This document shows positions 53,187-62,301 of a DNA stretch of 64,000 nucleotides, piece by piece. Below the pieces are notes generated by a model, which saw only the letters and a program-made list of their open reading frames with translations, did no database searches and was not told where the DNA came from. This DNA is from a virus. The stretch lies in IMG/VR virus record IMGVR_UViG_3300040801_002290, positions 32,001 through 96,000 of that record. One strand, given 5' to 3'. The first letter of the stretch is position 1, and every line of letters begins with the position of its first letter. A program made the position numbers and the translations under genes.

Positions 53187-55421
53187 CTAAGCGTCGAAGT
53201 CGATTGAAGCGCCAGAAACTGTTACTGCTCCGGTTGCCGTTAGACCAAATGTAGACCCGCTTGTCAAATCAGCAGCGCCGACACTCTCCATTAACAAAGT
53301 TGACCCATTAATAATTACAGGTGAGGTACTGTTACCCAACGTTATCGCTCCGGTTCCAACATCGTTTCCAACGTTAATCGTGAAGCCAGCCCCCGCCGCC
53401 TCCCTCATTACATCTACGGTGGATTCATTCTGTAAAATCCTTGAGGCTGGAGCCCCGCCCAAATACTTAATCGTCTCTATCTCTGTTCCAGTTACATTCA
53501 AATCAGATGCTGGAACTCCACCAATTAGGACATTTACAGTGGCAGAAGGGGTCAAGGCATTCTCTGTGTGAACTACCGAAGGAACACCAGCATTATACAT
53601 GGTGGTTGTAGTTGTAAAAACAGAACCGTCTTCTACTCTATCTATAGCTGGTACACCGGCTGTAAGAATGTTTGTTGTTATGGAAGGAGTGGAACCATCT
53701 TCCGTTACAATAATCTGATTAAGGTTGGGTAGAGTGGTGGTCTTTCTAGACATCGCGGTGTTCGTTCCGGTTATGGTTTCTAGAGTCTCAATAGTATCCT
53801 CTCCAACCCTTTCCAGAAGAGTTGTTTTGGTTACCTCGGAACTAGACACAGTTACGGTTTCAGTGTATTCATGTGGTACAGCGGGGTTATCGTGCTTAAG
53901 TATGTTGGTTTGCGTTACGGCTGTCCCATCCATTTCTTGTCTAATTGAGGAGGACTGTACAGCCCCGTCAAAACCAAGATTTTCCTGGGCCGTCTCAACA
54001 ACCAAGTTAGTACCGCTTCTGTACATAGAGTATGACTGAGCAGCAGTGTCAGGGTCTGTATTACTCCTCATGTAAATTCCTGGGGAGCCAGCACTATTCA
54101 CCAACGAGTTCATTCCAGAAGAAAGCCTGCTATTAATTTCCCCTATGATTCCTGCTGTACTAACCATGAGAAATTCCTGATTAGGAACATCATCTTTAGT
54201 TAACCCGGTTTTAGTTCCAAACTCCGTTTGAGAGTCTCCGAAGTTAGAGCCGTTGCGAATGTAGGTAAATTCTCCCACATCTTTTACTCCACCCTGCTCA
54301 ATCACCTGTCTGTTAGCAGTCCAGGAGATAACCCTAGGAGCCTCTGGATTAGCTTCTAATAAGACTCCTTGACCTAGGTGGTCTCTTACTCGCACCTGAC
54401 TCTTATCTGCATTATGCACAACGGTGAACCCAGAGTCATACTGGTTCTTAAGGGTTATCAGAAGTTGCTCACCGTCACCATACTGGTCCTGAATCAGAAG
54501 CTTGTTGTTTCCCCTTAAGGCCACCTGGTACTCTTCTGCCGCTGGTAATTCTCGTTCAAACTCAGCTTTATCTAGGTAATCCTTGTCTAGAACGGGTTGA
54601 TAGGAAACGTAGTTTTTGTTTTTCAGTACTAATTTCTCTTTTTTGGGCTTCCAGCCCGAAACCTTTTCTTCAAGGTCATAGTGGTCTGCTGTAAACCTAG
54701 TATCCATAGGCTCATTTAAAACATTTATATATGTGTAATTCTCGTCCTCTTCTATTTCAGACGGAACATTAAGAGGGTTGGGGTATAGACCTTGGTCAGC
54801 CTCTAGGTCCCCACCGTACCCAACATAAGCACCAGATTCTACAAGGTATTCATCGCTTACGTTTCCGCCAATGTCGAAAACTGAGTCCCCACGAACAGCA
54901 AATCTTCCTTTAGAAAGATTACTCCTGTAAAAACTTCTAAACCTATACCCAGTAATAGACCTTACATACTTCTTTACAAAGTTGGAATTAATAGTGGCGA
55001 AAAACTGCTTATTGTGGTCTCTATGTGTTCTAAGATGACCGTAGTCGCCCGAGAATGACCCCCACTGAGGCACTGGGGATTGACCAACAATGTTTTTAGG
55101 GTCAGGAGTACTGTTGTAGGTAGAATACTTGTATATAGGATTAGCTCCGTACTCTCTCCTGCTCTCTTCAATCCAAACAACATCCCCAACCTGGGGAACC
55201 TTGAATGAACCAAGTACATCCTGTGGAACAACGACATTTAACGCTATTCCACCGCCACCCCCACCGCCAAGTTTAAAAACACCGAGGTGAAAGTTCCTTC
55301 CGGTCTGAGGGGACATTTTTTCAATGACGCCCTCTTCCTGCAAGTCATTAAGACTTCCATTGTGGTCAACCCATGCAACATAAGCCTGAAAATGAGAGCT
55401 ATAAATTCCGAACTCATTCAT
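53187..55421 (-). CDS. Baseplate central spike (gp5/VgrG-like)
   Basis: N-term OB-like VP.VGD.VW; C-term beta-helix repeats; followed by PAAR. Confidence 0.7.
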   Translation of the reverse strand: MNEFGIYSSHFQAYVAWVDHNGSLNDLQEEGVIEKMSPQTGRNFHLGVFKLGGGGGGGIALNVVVPQDVLGSFKVPQVGDVVWIEESRREYGANPIYKYSTYNSTPDPKNIVGQSPVPQWGSFSGDYGHLRTHRDHNKQFFATINSNFVKKYVRSITGYRFRSFYRSNLSKGRFAVRGDSVFDIGGNVSDEYLVESGAYVGYGGDLEADQGLYPNPLNVPSEIEEDENYTYINVLNEPMDTRFTADHYDLEEKVSGWKPKKEKLVLKNKNYVSYQPVLDKDYLDKAEFERELPAAEEYQVALRGNNKLLIQDQYGDGEQLLITLKNQYDSGFTVVHNADKSQVRVRDHLGQGVLLEANPEAPRVISWTANRQVIEQGGVKDVGEFTYIRNGSNFGDSQTEFGTKTGLTKDDVPNQEFLMVSTAGIIGEINSRLSSGMNSLVNSAGSPGIYMRSNTDPDTAAQSYSMYRSGTNLVVETAQENLGFDGAVQSSSIRQEMDGTAVTQTNILKHDNPAVPHEYTETVTVSSSEVTKTTLLERVGEDTIETLETITGTNTAMSRKTTTLPNLNQIIVTEDGSTPSITTNILTAGVPAIDRVEDGSVFTTTTTMYNAGVPSVVHTENALTPSATVNVLIGGVPASDLNVTGTEIETIKYLGGAPASRILQNESTVDVMREAAGAGFTINVGNDVGTGAITLGNSTSPVIINGSTLLMESVGAADLTSGSTFGLTATGAVTVSGASIDFDA

Positions 55422-58400
55422 TTTCTACTCTCCCAAAAGTTTCAAAATTTCCGCTTCTTAAAAACGCTTTTTGCTCCCCGTTAAGACCGAGGACATCATC
55501 TGGAATACTTCTAAAGTTGTCTCTTATGTACTCAGATACCTCAGGTATGGTTGGCTTTTCTGGAGAAACAAAACGCCTATAATTTTCCAGAAGAGCGACA
55601 ACTTCAAGATAAGCATTTCTGCTATTAGGAGTTTCTAAGTCTGAGTCGATGGCCATGGTTGTTCTTACATTGCCCAAAAATCCATCTCTCCATACTATAT
55701 AAGCATCGCTAAGCGGGGGAACTATAATTTCTGTCCCCACAACACCTCTGCCTAACTCCCTAGCTGACCTTTCGGTTGTCTGTAACGTCTCAGACTCGCT
55801 TACGTCTGGGGGCTCGTAAGACAAACCAGTATCAATTGGGTCATAGAAGTTAGCCAACTCATACATGTAATTCGAAGAATTTCTAAAGTACTGAGAATTG
55901 TGTAGGAAAGAAGCTTCTTTATACTTTTTATCCTCTTGAAACTGGTTTATGTACATGTTCTGCATAGCAGACCTCTCGGAGAGGTATTCTTCCCATAAAT
56001 CCTGCTGAAAAGTGTCGTCGTAACCAATTTTCATCTTCTTTTCGATTGATATGAATCCTATTGGTAAAAAGCTCTTAGGCTCTAGAAGAACAAGATTGTC
56101 CTGACCGTAGTTAAGATTTAGTACCGTTTCAGCGGCAGCAGCATAGCTAAACCTGTGAGCTACCCCCTCTATGTAGTAGGAGGAGGCCCTAAAGTTCTGA
56201 AACTTTACAGCATTAATGATGCCTTGGTTTCTATCAAGAGAAAGTAGTTGATTAATAACCTCTTTTGATGAAGCATACCCATAGGTAGCAGACTTAATCA
56301 GGGTACTGTACACGTCTATTATTTCCTGGTCTTTTATATTCCCCTGGTCCCAGTTTTTAAATCCTCCAGGAAGTTTTTGGTGATACCAGTAGGTGGTAGG
56401 AAAATACTCTGGAGTAAATACATTTATATTGGGTATGGAGTCTCTCAGAAATTCAAATGTTCTTAAAAATGCATTGGCTACAAATTCGTGTGGATTTCTA
56501 TTATATAAATCGTACATGTCTGTGTTGGGAATAGGCAAAATACTTTCACCGGTAGTATAAAAATATGAGTCTTTTCCGGGCTGTAAGAATCTTTTCTCCA
56601 CTCCAATGTACATTTCTAGAAGCTCTTGGTCTGTCAGTATATAGTTCAACCACTCAATCATCTTGTTTACATCAAAGACTGTTCTAGAACGCTTCTTATT
56701 CTTCTGCAAAGAAAGAAGCACTGTCTCCCCCGCTCTAAACGAGGTATTGTTTCTCAACCTTACGGTAGCCTTCTTTAGGGGCTTGCCATAAAACATTCTG
56801 TAAAGGTGAGCCTTTCTCTTGGCCCCGCCCCTCTCTGACTGATACAAATCCTGAATTTGCATGGTTCTAAGACCATATTTGAACAATTCAGGGGCAAGAC
56901 TTTCCGGTGGAATGTCCTCCTCTATGCTGTCAATAGGCATTTTTCCAGAAGGAGGAACACTTCTTCCAATAAAAGCTAGACCACCAAAGGTAGTTACCTG
57001 TCTAGTGAGGATGGGAGACACGTCTACAATGGTGGACAACTGAGAGTCATCAACGGAGAAGGAAGTACCACTGGCCATTATCTCATAGTCCTGAATAATA
57101 GGGGTAACTCCCGTGTCCGGAGTTCTTTCTATAGCCTCAAATTTTAGGCGATACCTAAACCTACCAGACTCATCAACAAACATTTCGTAAAAGTCAGCAA
57201 CCCCTCCTACGCGACGTAGGTTATTCATAATGCTTTCTCTTCCGTTTATGTTTTGAGCAGTATTGATAGCCCCTTCTACTGTAGGGTCTCTATAAGACTT
57301 GTCCAGAGTTGTTGACATCTCTCTAATTCTAGTTATATCTAGATAATTAATAGGAGAAAACACCCTAAGAAACTCTGGTTGTTCTGACTCCGCTGAATTA
57401 ACGTAATCTGAATACACAAATGTTCCGCGAATTGGAACGTTACCGTCTTCCTGGCCGGGAAACTTGGGGTTAAAGACGTTTTGTTCTGATTCATCTGTGT
57501 CTACCGGGTCTTCGTCTCCGTACGCCTTCCTTAACCATAGACTTCTATTAAACGCCAAAATTGAATAGGAGGTTGGTTTACCGAAAACAACCTGTCTAGC
57601 AGCCCACCTTGAGATAATCTGTTGAATAGCTCTGGGTGGGGACATGTTCATATAGACGGTGTTGTAGTCTGTTAGTGGAGCATAGGTGGCTTCCGGGTAG
57701 AGTAAGTCCTCATAAAAAACCTCATTCGACGTGAGAACCTTTTCATAGCCCGAGCCAGAAAGAGTAACCAAATAGGTCCCGTCCGTTGTTCCTATAGACG
57801 TAGAAATGCTAGAGACAACTCCCTTTAGGGCTAGGTACGGAGTTTCTCCGTGGGCTCCATTAAGTAGAACCTTTCTTCCGTTACTGAACACCTGGGAAAC
57901 AGTTGTCTGTCCCCTTCTGGCGAGGTAGTTATTAGCGTACGCTCTGGCTTTGTCATTTACGCTATTTTTTAAAATGTTTAGAGAAAGTATTGCCTTATTT
58001 GGGTCTTCAAAACCAAGTTCACGGAGTTTAACTAGCTGAGTGTTTAGAACATCGGCTTCGTCTGTAGAGTCCAGAAGTAAAAAATCTCCAGTAGACTGGT
58101 CAACCTCTAGATTCTGTATTACAGAATTTAAAGTATTTATTCTCCCCTGAAAAGCAGGAGCTTCTGGGGATAGTACGCCAACTGGAATATAGGTGGCTGG
58201 GTCAATTCTTCTTAGAGTAGCCAGAATATCCACTATGTACTGTCTCTGTGTTTCGTCCGCTTCCGGGAAGGAAGCCGCTACATAGTCCTGAATCTTTACA
58301 TAAGCAGTCTCAGGCAAGACTCCGGTGCCAGCTTCTTGAGACATAACCAAAAGAACATCGGATAGGTTTTCCTGAGACACAGTATTTATTTGGTCTATAG

Positions 58401-59250
58401 GATTAACATCTTCTTCCTCTGATGCCCCTAAGTTTACCGACTCTAGCTCAACAGCCTCTTTAACAATATCGTTAACAAGTCCTAGGTTAAAAAGCATCGT
58501 TTCATCGAAGTCTCTTTCGCCAGTAGAAAACTGGTTCTGTCTGTCTCCAGAACCTATAATACCCTTTATTTCATTACTTTCATTTTGAAGAAAATCGTCG
58601 TTATCAAAAGAAGGAACATCGTCCTTTAGATAGAAGTCCTGGGGGTCATGATAAATCCAGATGGTGACAGTATCATTAACATCTACCAAATCTTCCACAT
58701 TGAAGGCAGACTGAGAGCCAGAGATTCTATATCTACTTAATCCCAAGTCGTCATCTTTTACATATTTCCAGTCAGCTTCATTACTACCATCTGGACTTAT
58801 TGGGTCCAGTAGTTGTGGAAGTGCATTTTCAAAATCAGATTCAATTAAGTCGTTTCTTGAAATAGGAAGACCGGTGGCATATCTAAAAGCAGACTCGCTG
58901 CCCTTGGGAAGAACCAAAAGCAAGTCGTCCAAAGTAAACGCTACAGAAAAACCAGAGCCTCCATTTACAGAAGTAGAGGTTTCAACTCTAACAACGTTTA
59001 GAGGAAGGATTTTATAATAGCCCTGTTTTTCCTGGTAATCCTCTTCGCTAGCAACCCCAACGGTGTCGTTAACTCCTGGCCTAATGGTGGATTTATACGG
59101 TTTGGATTCTGCCCCGATAAGAGACATGTCTGCATCATTGGGGGATAACTCCGTGCCTTCCGGGTTTGGCCACACAGATTCTATCGCTACTATAGCGAAA
59201 GCTGAGTATTGAGGTGCGTTTCCTTCATATCTCATTACAAAGAGCCCCAA
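55414..59250 (-). CDS. Baseplate hub protein
   Basis: 1278 aa; YEMFVDE.G.FRYR, FRAGETV, YYIEGV.H.F. Confidence 0.65.
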   Translation of the reverse strand: MGLFVMRYEGNAPQYSAFAIVAIESVWPNPEGTELSPNDADMSLIGAESKPYKSTIRPGVNDTVGVASEEDYQEKQGYYKILPLNVVRVETSTSVNGGSGFSVAFTLDDLLLVLPKGSESAFRYATGLPISRNDLIESDFENALPQLLDPISPDGSNEADWKYVKDDDLGLSRYRISGSQSAFNVEDLVDVNDTVTIWIYHDPQDFYLKDDVPSFDNDDFLQNESNEIKGIIGSGDRQNQFSTGERDFDETMLFNLGLVNDIVKEAVELESVNLGASEEEDVNPIDQINTVSQENLSDVLLVMSQEAGTGVLPETAYVKIQDYVAASFPEADETQRQYIVDILATLRRIDPATYIPVGVLSPEAPAFQGRINTLNSVIQNLEVDQSTGDFLLLDSTDEADVLNTQLVKLRELGFEDPNKAILSLNILKNSVNDKARAYANNYLARRGQTTVSQVFSNGRKVLLNGAHGETPYLALKGVVSSISTSIGTTDGTYLVTLSGSGYEKVLTSNEVFYEDLLYPEATYAPLTDYNTVYMNMSPPRAIQQIISRWAARQVVFGKPTSYSILAFNRSLWLRKAYGDEDPVDTDESEQNVFNPKFPGQEDGNVPIRGTFVYSDYVNSAESEQPEFLRVFSPINYLDITRIREMSTTLDKSYRDPTVEGAINTAQNINGRESIMNNLRRVGGVADFYEMFVDESGRFRYRLKFEAIERTPDTGVTPIIQDYEIMASGTSFSVDDSQLSTIVDVSPILTRQVTTFGGLAFIGRSVPPSGKMPIDSIEEDIPPESLAPELFKYGLRTMQIQDLYQSERGGAKRKAHLYRMFYGKPLKKATVRLRNNTSFRAGETVLLSLQKNKKRSRTVFDVNKMIEWLNYILTDQELLEMYIGVEKRFLQPGKDSYFYTTGESILPIPNTDMYDLYNRNPHEFVANAFLRTFEFLRDSIPNINVFTPEYFPTTYWYHQKLPGGFKNWDQGNIKDQEIIDVYSTLIKSATYGYASSKEVINQLLSLDRNQGIINAVKFQNFRASSYYIEGVAHRFSYAAAAETVLNLNYGQDNLVLLEPKSFLPIGFISIEKKMKIGYDDTFQQDLWEEYLSERSAMQNMYINQFQEDKKYKEASFLHNSQYFRNSSNYMYELANFYDPIDTGLSYEPPDVSESETLQTTERSARELGRGVVGTEIIVPPLSDAYIVWRDGFLGNVRTTMAIDSDLETPNSRNAYLEVVALLENYRRFVSPEKPTIPEVSEYIRDNFRSIPDDVLGLNGEQKAFLRSGNFETFGRVENE

Positions 59251-59891
59251 ATTCTGGCCTTATTACTGGCCCTGTGAGAGTAGTCCTGTAGAACTATCAT
59301 TCTTAAATCTGCGCTTAAGGTCGTGTTCGAATCTGACCTTTGCTGCATATCTAAGCTTTCGATAGTTACCTTATACTTACCTAGGTATTTTTCTGTACCG
59401 TCGGAAAAGTTGTCGTATCCCAACAAATAAAGCGAGCCAAAATACCTACCTTGATTAGCAGAAAGGTAAGATATTGCTTCTAATCCATTAACATAAGACT
59501 CCCAAAGCCTCCCGGCCTTGATAATCTTTATATTTAGGCCAACCTTTTTGATTCCAGCACCAAACGTGGTCACAGAGTTGCCACCCAAAGTGTGATATTG
59601 AACAATTTTATTCTTTATCTGTGGGGTGTACTCTTGGGCAAGGGCCACATTGGTATTAAATGGAAGAATTAGGGTTGAATTATAGCCAACCCTCACAATC
59701 TCTTCTGTACTAAAGTCATTTGGGTCATAGGAGGATGTCTCAAGAGTAAGATTAGCCTTGTCTTTTTCGTCCCCTACGTACTTCTTCTTCTCACCAATGA
59801 CATAGATTCTAATCTTCCCGTTTATGGTAGCCGGGAAGGAAGGTTGCCACATTAATTGATATCTTTTTAACTCTCTACCACTTGTAGCCAT
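59235..59891 (-). CDS. Tail tube initiator-like protein
   Basis: Position after the tape-measure genes; beta-rich. Confidence 0.4.
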   Translation of the reverse strand: MATSGRELKRYQLMWQPSFPATINGKIRIYVIGEKKKYVGDEKDKANLTLETSSYDPNDFSTEEIVRVGYNSTLILPFNTNVALAQEYTPQIKNKIVQYHTLGGNSVTTFGAGIKKVGLNIKIIKAGRLWESYVNGLEAISYLSANQGRYFGSLYLLGYDNFSDGTEKYLGKYKVTIESLDMQQRSDSNTTLSADLRMIVLQDYSHRASNKARIWGSL

Positions 59892-59895
59892 AAAG

Positions 59896-62301
59896 TCAAG
59901 CCCTCACGAAAGACGATTGAAAATGTCTAGCAAAATCCCCTGTTCTTATACCGTTGATTTCAAGGTCTATATTAACATAGTTCGGGATTATTTGCGAGCT
60001 TCTTCTACCTATAGGTGAGTACGTTCCACCGGAGATTTGCCCACCAACAGAATTGAGCCTTCCTAGAATCAAACGAACATAGTCTTTAGTTTCCTTTGGA
60101 GCATACTCCAACCAGTCTTCCCCGTAATTCTCTATGGCCCGGTTTACATTCCCAGGCCCCCAGTTGTAAGCAGCCAACGCTTTCTTTATATCATTATCAT
60201 ACTCTTCTAACATTGCCTGTAAATAGTCCTGACCAAACCTAATGTACTCTGCCTCAGATTGGTCTTTTAGTGGAGCAACACCGTAACCAGGGGATTCGCC
60301 GGTAGCTACCATAACCTGTGTAATACCGCGAGCCCCAACCGGGGATTCCAACAAAGCTCCAGAAGAAGTTCTGTGTACCCCTCCAGACTCCTGCTGAATA
60401 AGAGAATTAAACAATCTAGTAAATTCGTCACTGGAGGGCTCAGATGTAACTACCCCTGGGTCCAACCTAGCTTCATTGGTAGAGCTAGCCCTTCCACCAG
60501 AAGAGCCATCTCTTTGCAGCCCTAAGGCATATCTAGAAGTTCTTTGGCTGGTAGAGGTAATTGTCCTTTGCATTTCAGGCAGCATGATTGGAGCTAATTC
60601 CTTGGCTAACTTAAGAATCGCCCTATCCATCTTAACCATGACATCAGTATAGGAAAATAGTACATCTGTCAATACCCTTGAGCCCTTAGTCCATGACTTT
60701 GCAAGACTAGTTATTGAGTACTCAGGGTAATCCTCTGCGGCGTACTCTTCAAAAGCATCAGCGTAAGCCCTACTTACATCCTCTCCTCTAGCCCCCTGCA
60801 CAAATCCACGATAGGCAACATAGGTCGCCCTTTGAGTTGCTTGGTCCATACCCAGACCGTGCTGAGAATAAGCCATGAATCTCTCCATGTCTTCATCGCC
60901 CAATTCTCCTTCGCTATTAAAATCTGTGTTTCCTATGCCTAACTCTAGATACATACCATACAAGAATTTCTCTAGGGTCTCAGGCTGTGAGGTGACACCA
61001 CCAAGGGCTTCTCCACGAGTAATACCAGTTCTCGCCATAATCATTGACATGTGAGGACTTGTTCCCAAAGCCCCCTCTTGAAGCACGGCATCAAGACCTG
61101 TAACAAGAGTCTGAGTTGCTTGAGTCGTCTGCCTATCCCCTAACATTGGGTTAACGAACGCATGAGTTCTAGCTAGATTGCTAGCACCATCTTCTAGGTT
61201 AAGCCTTCCACCAACTACATAAGATTCTGCGAAAGAGGACATTTCATCTACAAGGGCAAGCTGTGACAGGTGAAGTCTTCCGTCGGAAACCATAGAGGAG
61301 AAGAACTTTTGAAATAATCCGCTTGCTTCGTCTACATCTCCACCTAGGTTAACCCTACTCATTGTGGCTAGAGTTCCGGTCATGTCTCGCCCATACAACC
61401 CGCTCATCTGTAGAGACCTTTCGGTGTAACCAAGATAGGTATTTCTGTCTATGATGGCAGAGGTGTTTATCTGTGCGGTTGTGTTTATAGCGTCGGAGTA
61501 ATTTCTTCCAAACATTTCGGGAGAAACACCTCTGTACTCAGATGTTAAAATATTCTCCATGGTTGGGTAAACATTATACCCTCCCTCTTGCATAAGATAA
61601 GTTCCTTGGTAAGCAGAGTAGTCTTGCAAAAGAGTGTCGGGCTTCATAATCTGAGGCGCAGCAGACTGAATTGCCAATCTAGTGGCACGCCCTTCCATCA
61701 GGGCTTCTCCAGCTTTTTGTGCAGCAAGACCTATGGCCTCCCCAATGGCAAATTGAACAACGGCCCACAGAAGTCCAACACCGGTCATGGCCGCACCGGA
61801 GGACACTGCTCTAGAAATTCTAGTAAAGGTTGAGACGTTCTTCAACGCTTTAGCAACACGAAATGCCCTTATTAAAGCGTTAGACGTTAAGGCGAGATAG
61901 TACACACTTTGAGCCGCCTGCCTAGCCATCGTCCCATACTCATACTGTAGCTCTTCCTTGGTAGACAGTATGGAGCCTATGACTTGACCATACCCGTCAA
62001 CTGTTTTTGCTGCCGTTTCTATTGCTGGGGAGCGAAAGAATTTATACTCTTCCGAAATCTTTAGCTGGGCACTAAAAGTACCAAGAGCATAACCAGTAGT
62101 AGGAAGAGTTTCTCTTTGTAAATCTTTTAATTTGTCTTCTAACTGGCTTTCGGTTAACCCGCTGCCGCCGCCCAAGTCTTTCCAAGAGGACTCAATAGAG
62201 TTTTTTGCTCTGTCGAAATAATCATCTCCAAGACCGAAGATAATGACTCGCATATCATCGGTAAGCCCCTTTTCTACTAGTTGCTTAAGTGAAAAAGACA
62301 T
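59896..62301 (-). CDS. Tape-measure-like protein with C-terminal lytic transglycosylase (SLT)
   Basis: QQESGG, SPVGA.G..Q.M..T, ALAAYNWGPG, ET..YV. Confidence 0.85.
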   Translation of the reverse strand: MSFSLKQLVEKGLTDDMRVIIFGLGDDYFDRAKNSIESSWKDLGGGSGLTESQLEDKLKDLQRETLPTTGYALGTFSAQLKISEEYKFFRSPAIETAAKTVDGYGQVIGSILSTKEELQYEYGTMARQAAQSVYYLALTSNALIRAFRVAKALKNVSTFTRISRAVSSGAAMTGVGLLWAVVQFAIGEAIGLAAQKAGEALMEGRATRLAIQSAAPQIMKPDTLLQDYSAYQGTYLMQEGGYNVYPTMENILTSEYRGVSPEMFGRNYSDAINTTAQINTSAIIDRNTYLGYTERSLQMSGLYGRDMTGTLATMSRVNLGGDVDEASGLFQKFFSSMVSDGRLHLSQLALVDEMSSFAESYVVGGRLNLEDGASNLARTHAFVNPMLGDRQTTQATQTLVTGLDAVLQEGALGTSPHMSMIMARTGITRGEALGGVTSQPETLEKFLYGMYLELGIGNTDFNSEGELGDEDMERFMAYSQHGLGMDQATQRATYVAYRGFVQGARGEDVSRAYADAFEEYAAEDYPEYSITSLAKSWTKGSRVLTDVLFSYTDVMVKMDRAILKLAKELAPIMLPEMQRTITSTSQRTSRYALGLQRDGSSGGRASSTNEARLDPGVVTSEPSSDEFTRLFNSLIQQESGGVHRTSSGALLESPVGARGITQVMVATGESPGYGVAPLKDQSEAEYIRFGQDYLQAMLEEYDNDIKKALAAYNWGPGNVNRAIENYGEDWLEYAPKETKDYVRLILGRLNSVGGQISGGTYSPIGRRSSQIIPNYVNIDLEINGIRTGDFARHFQSSFVRA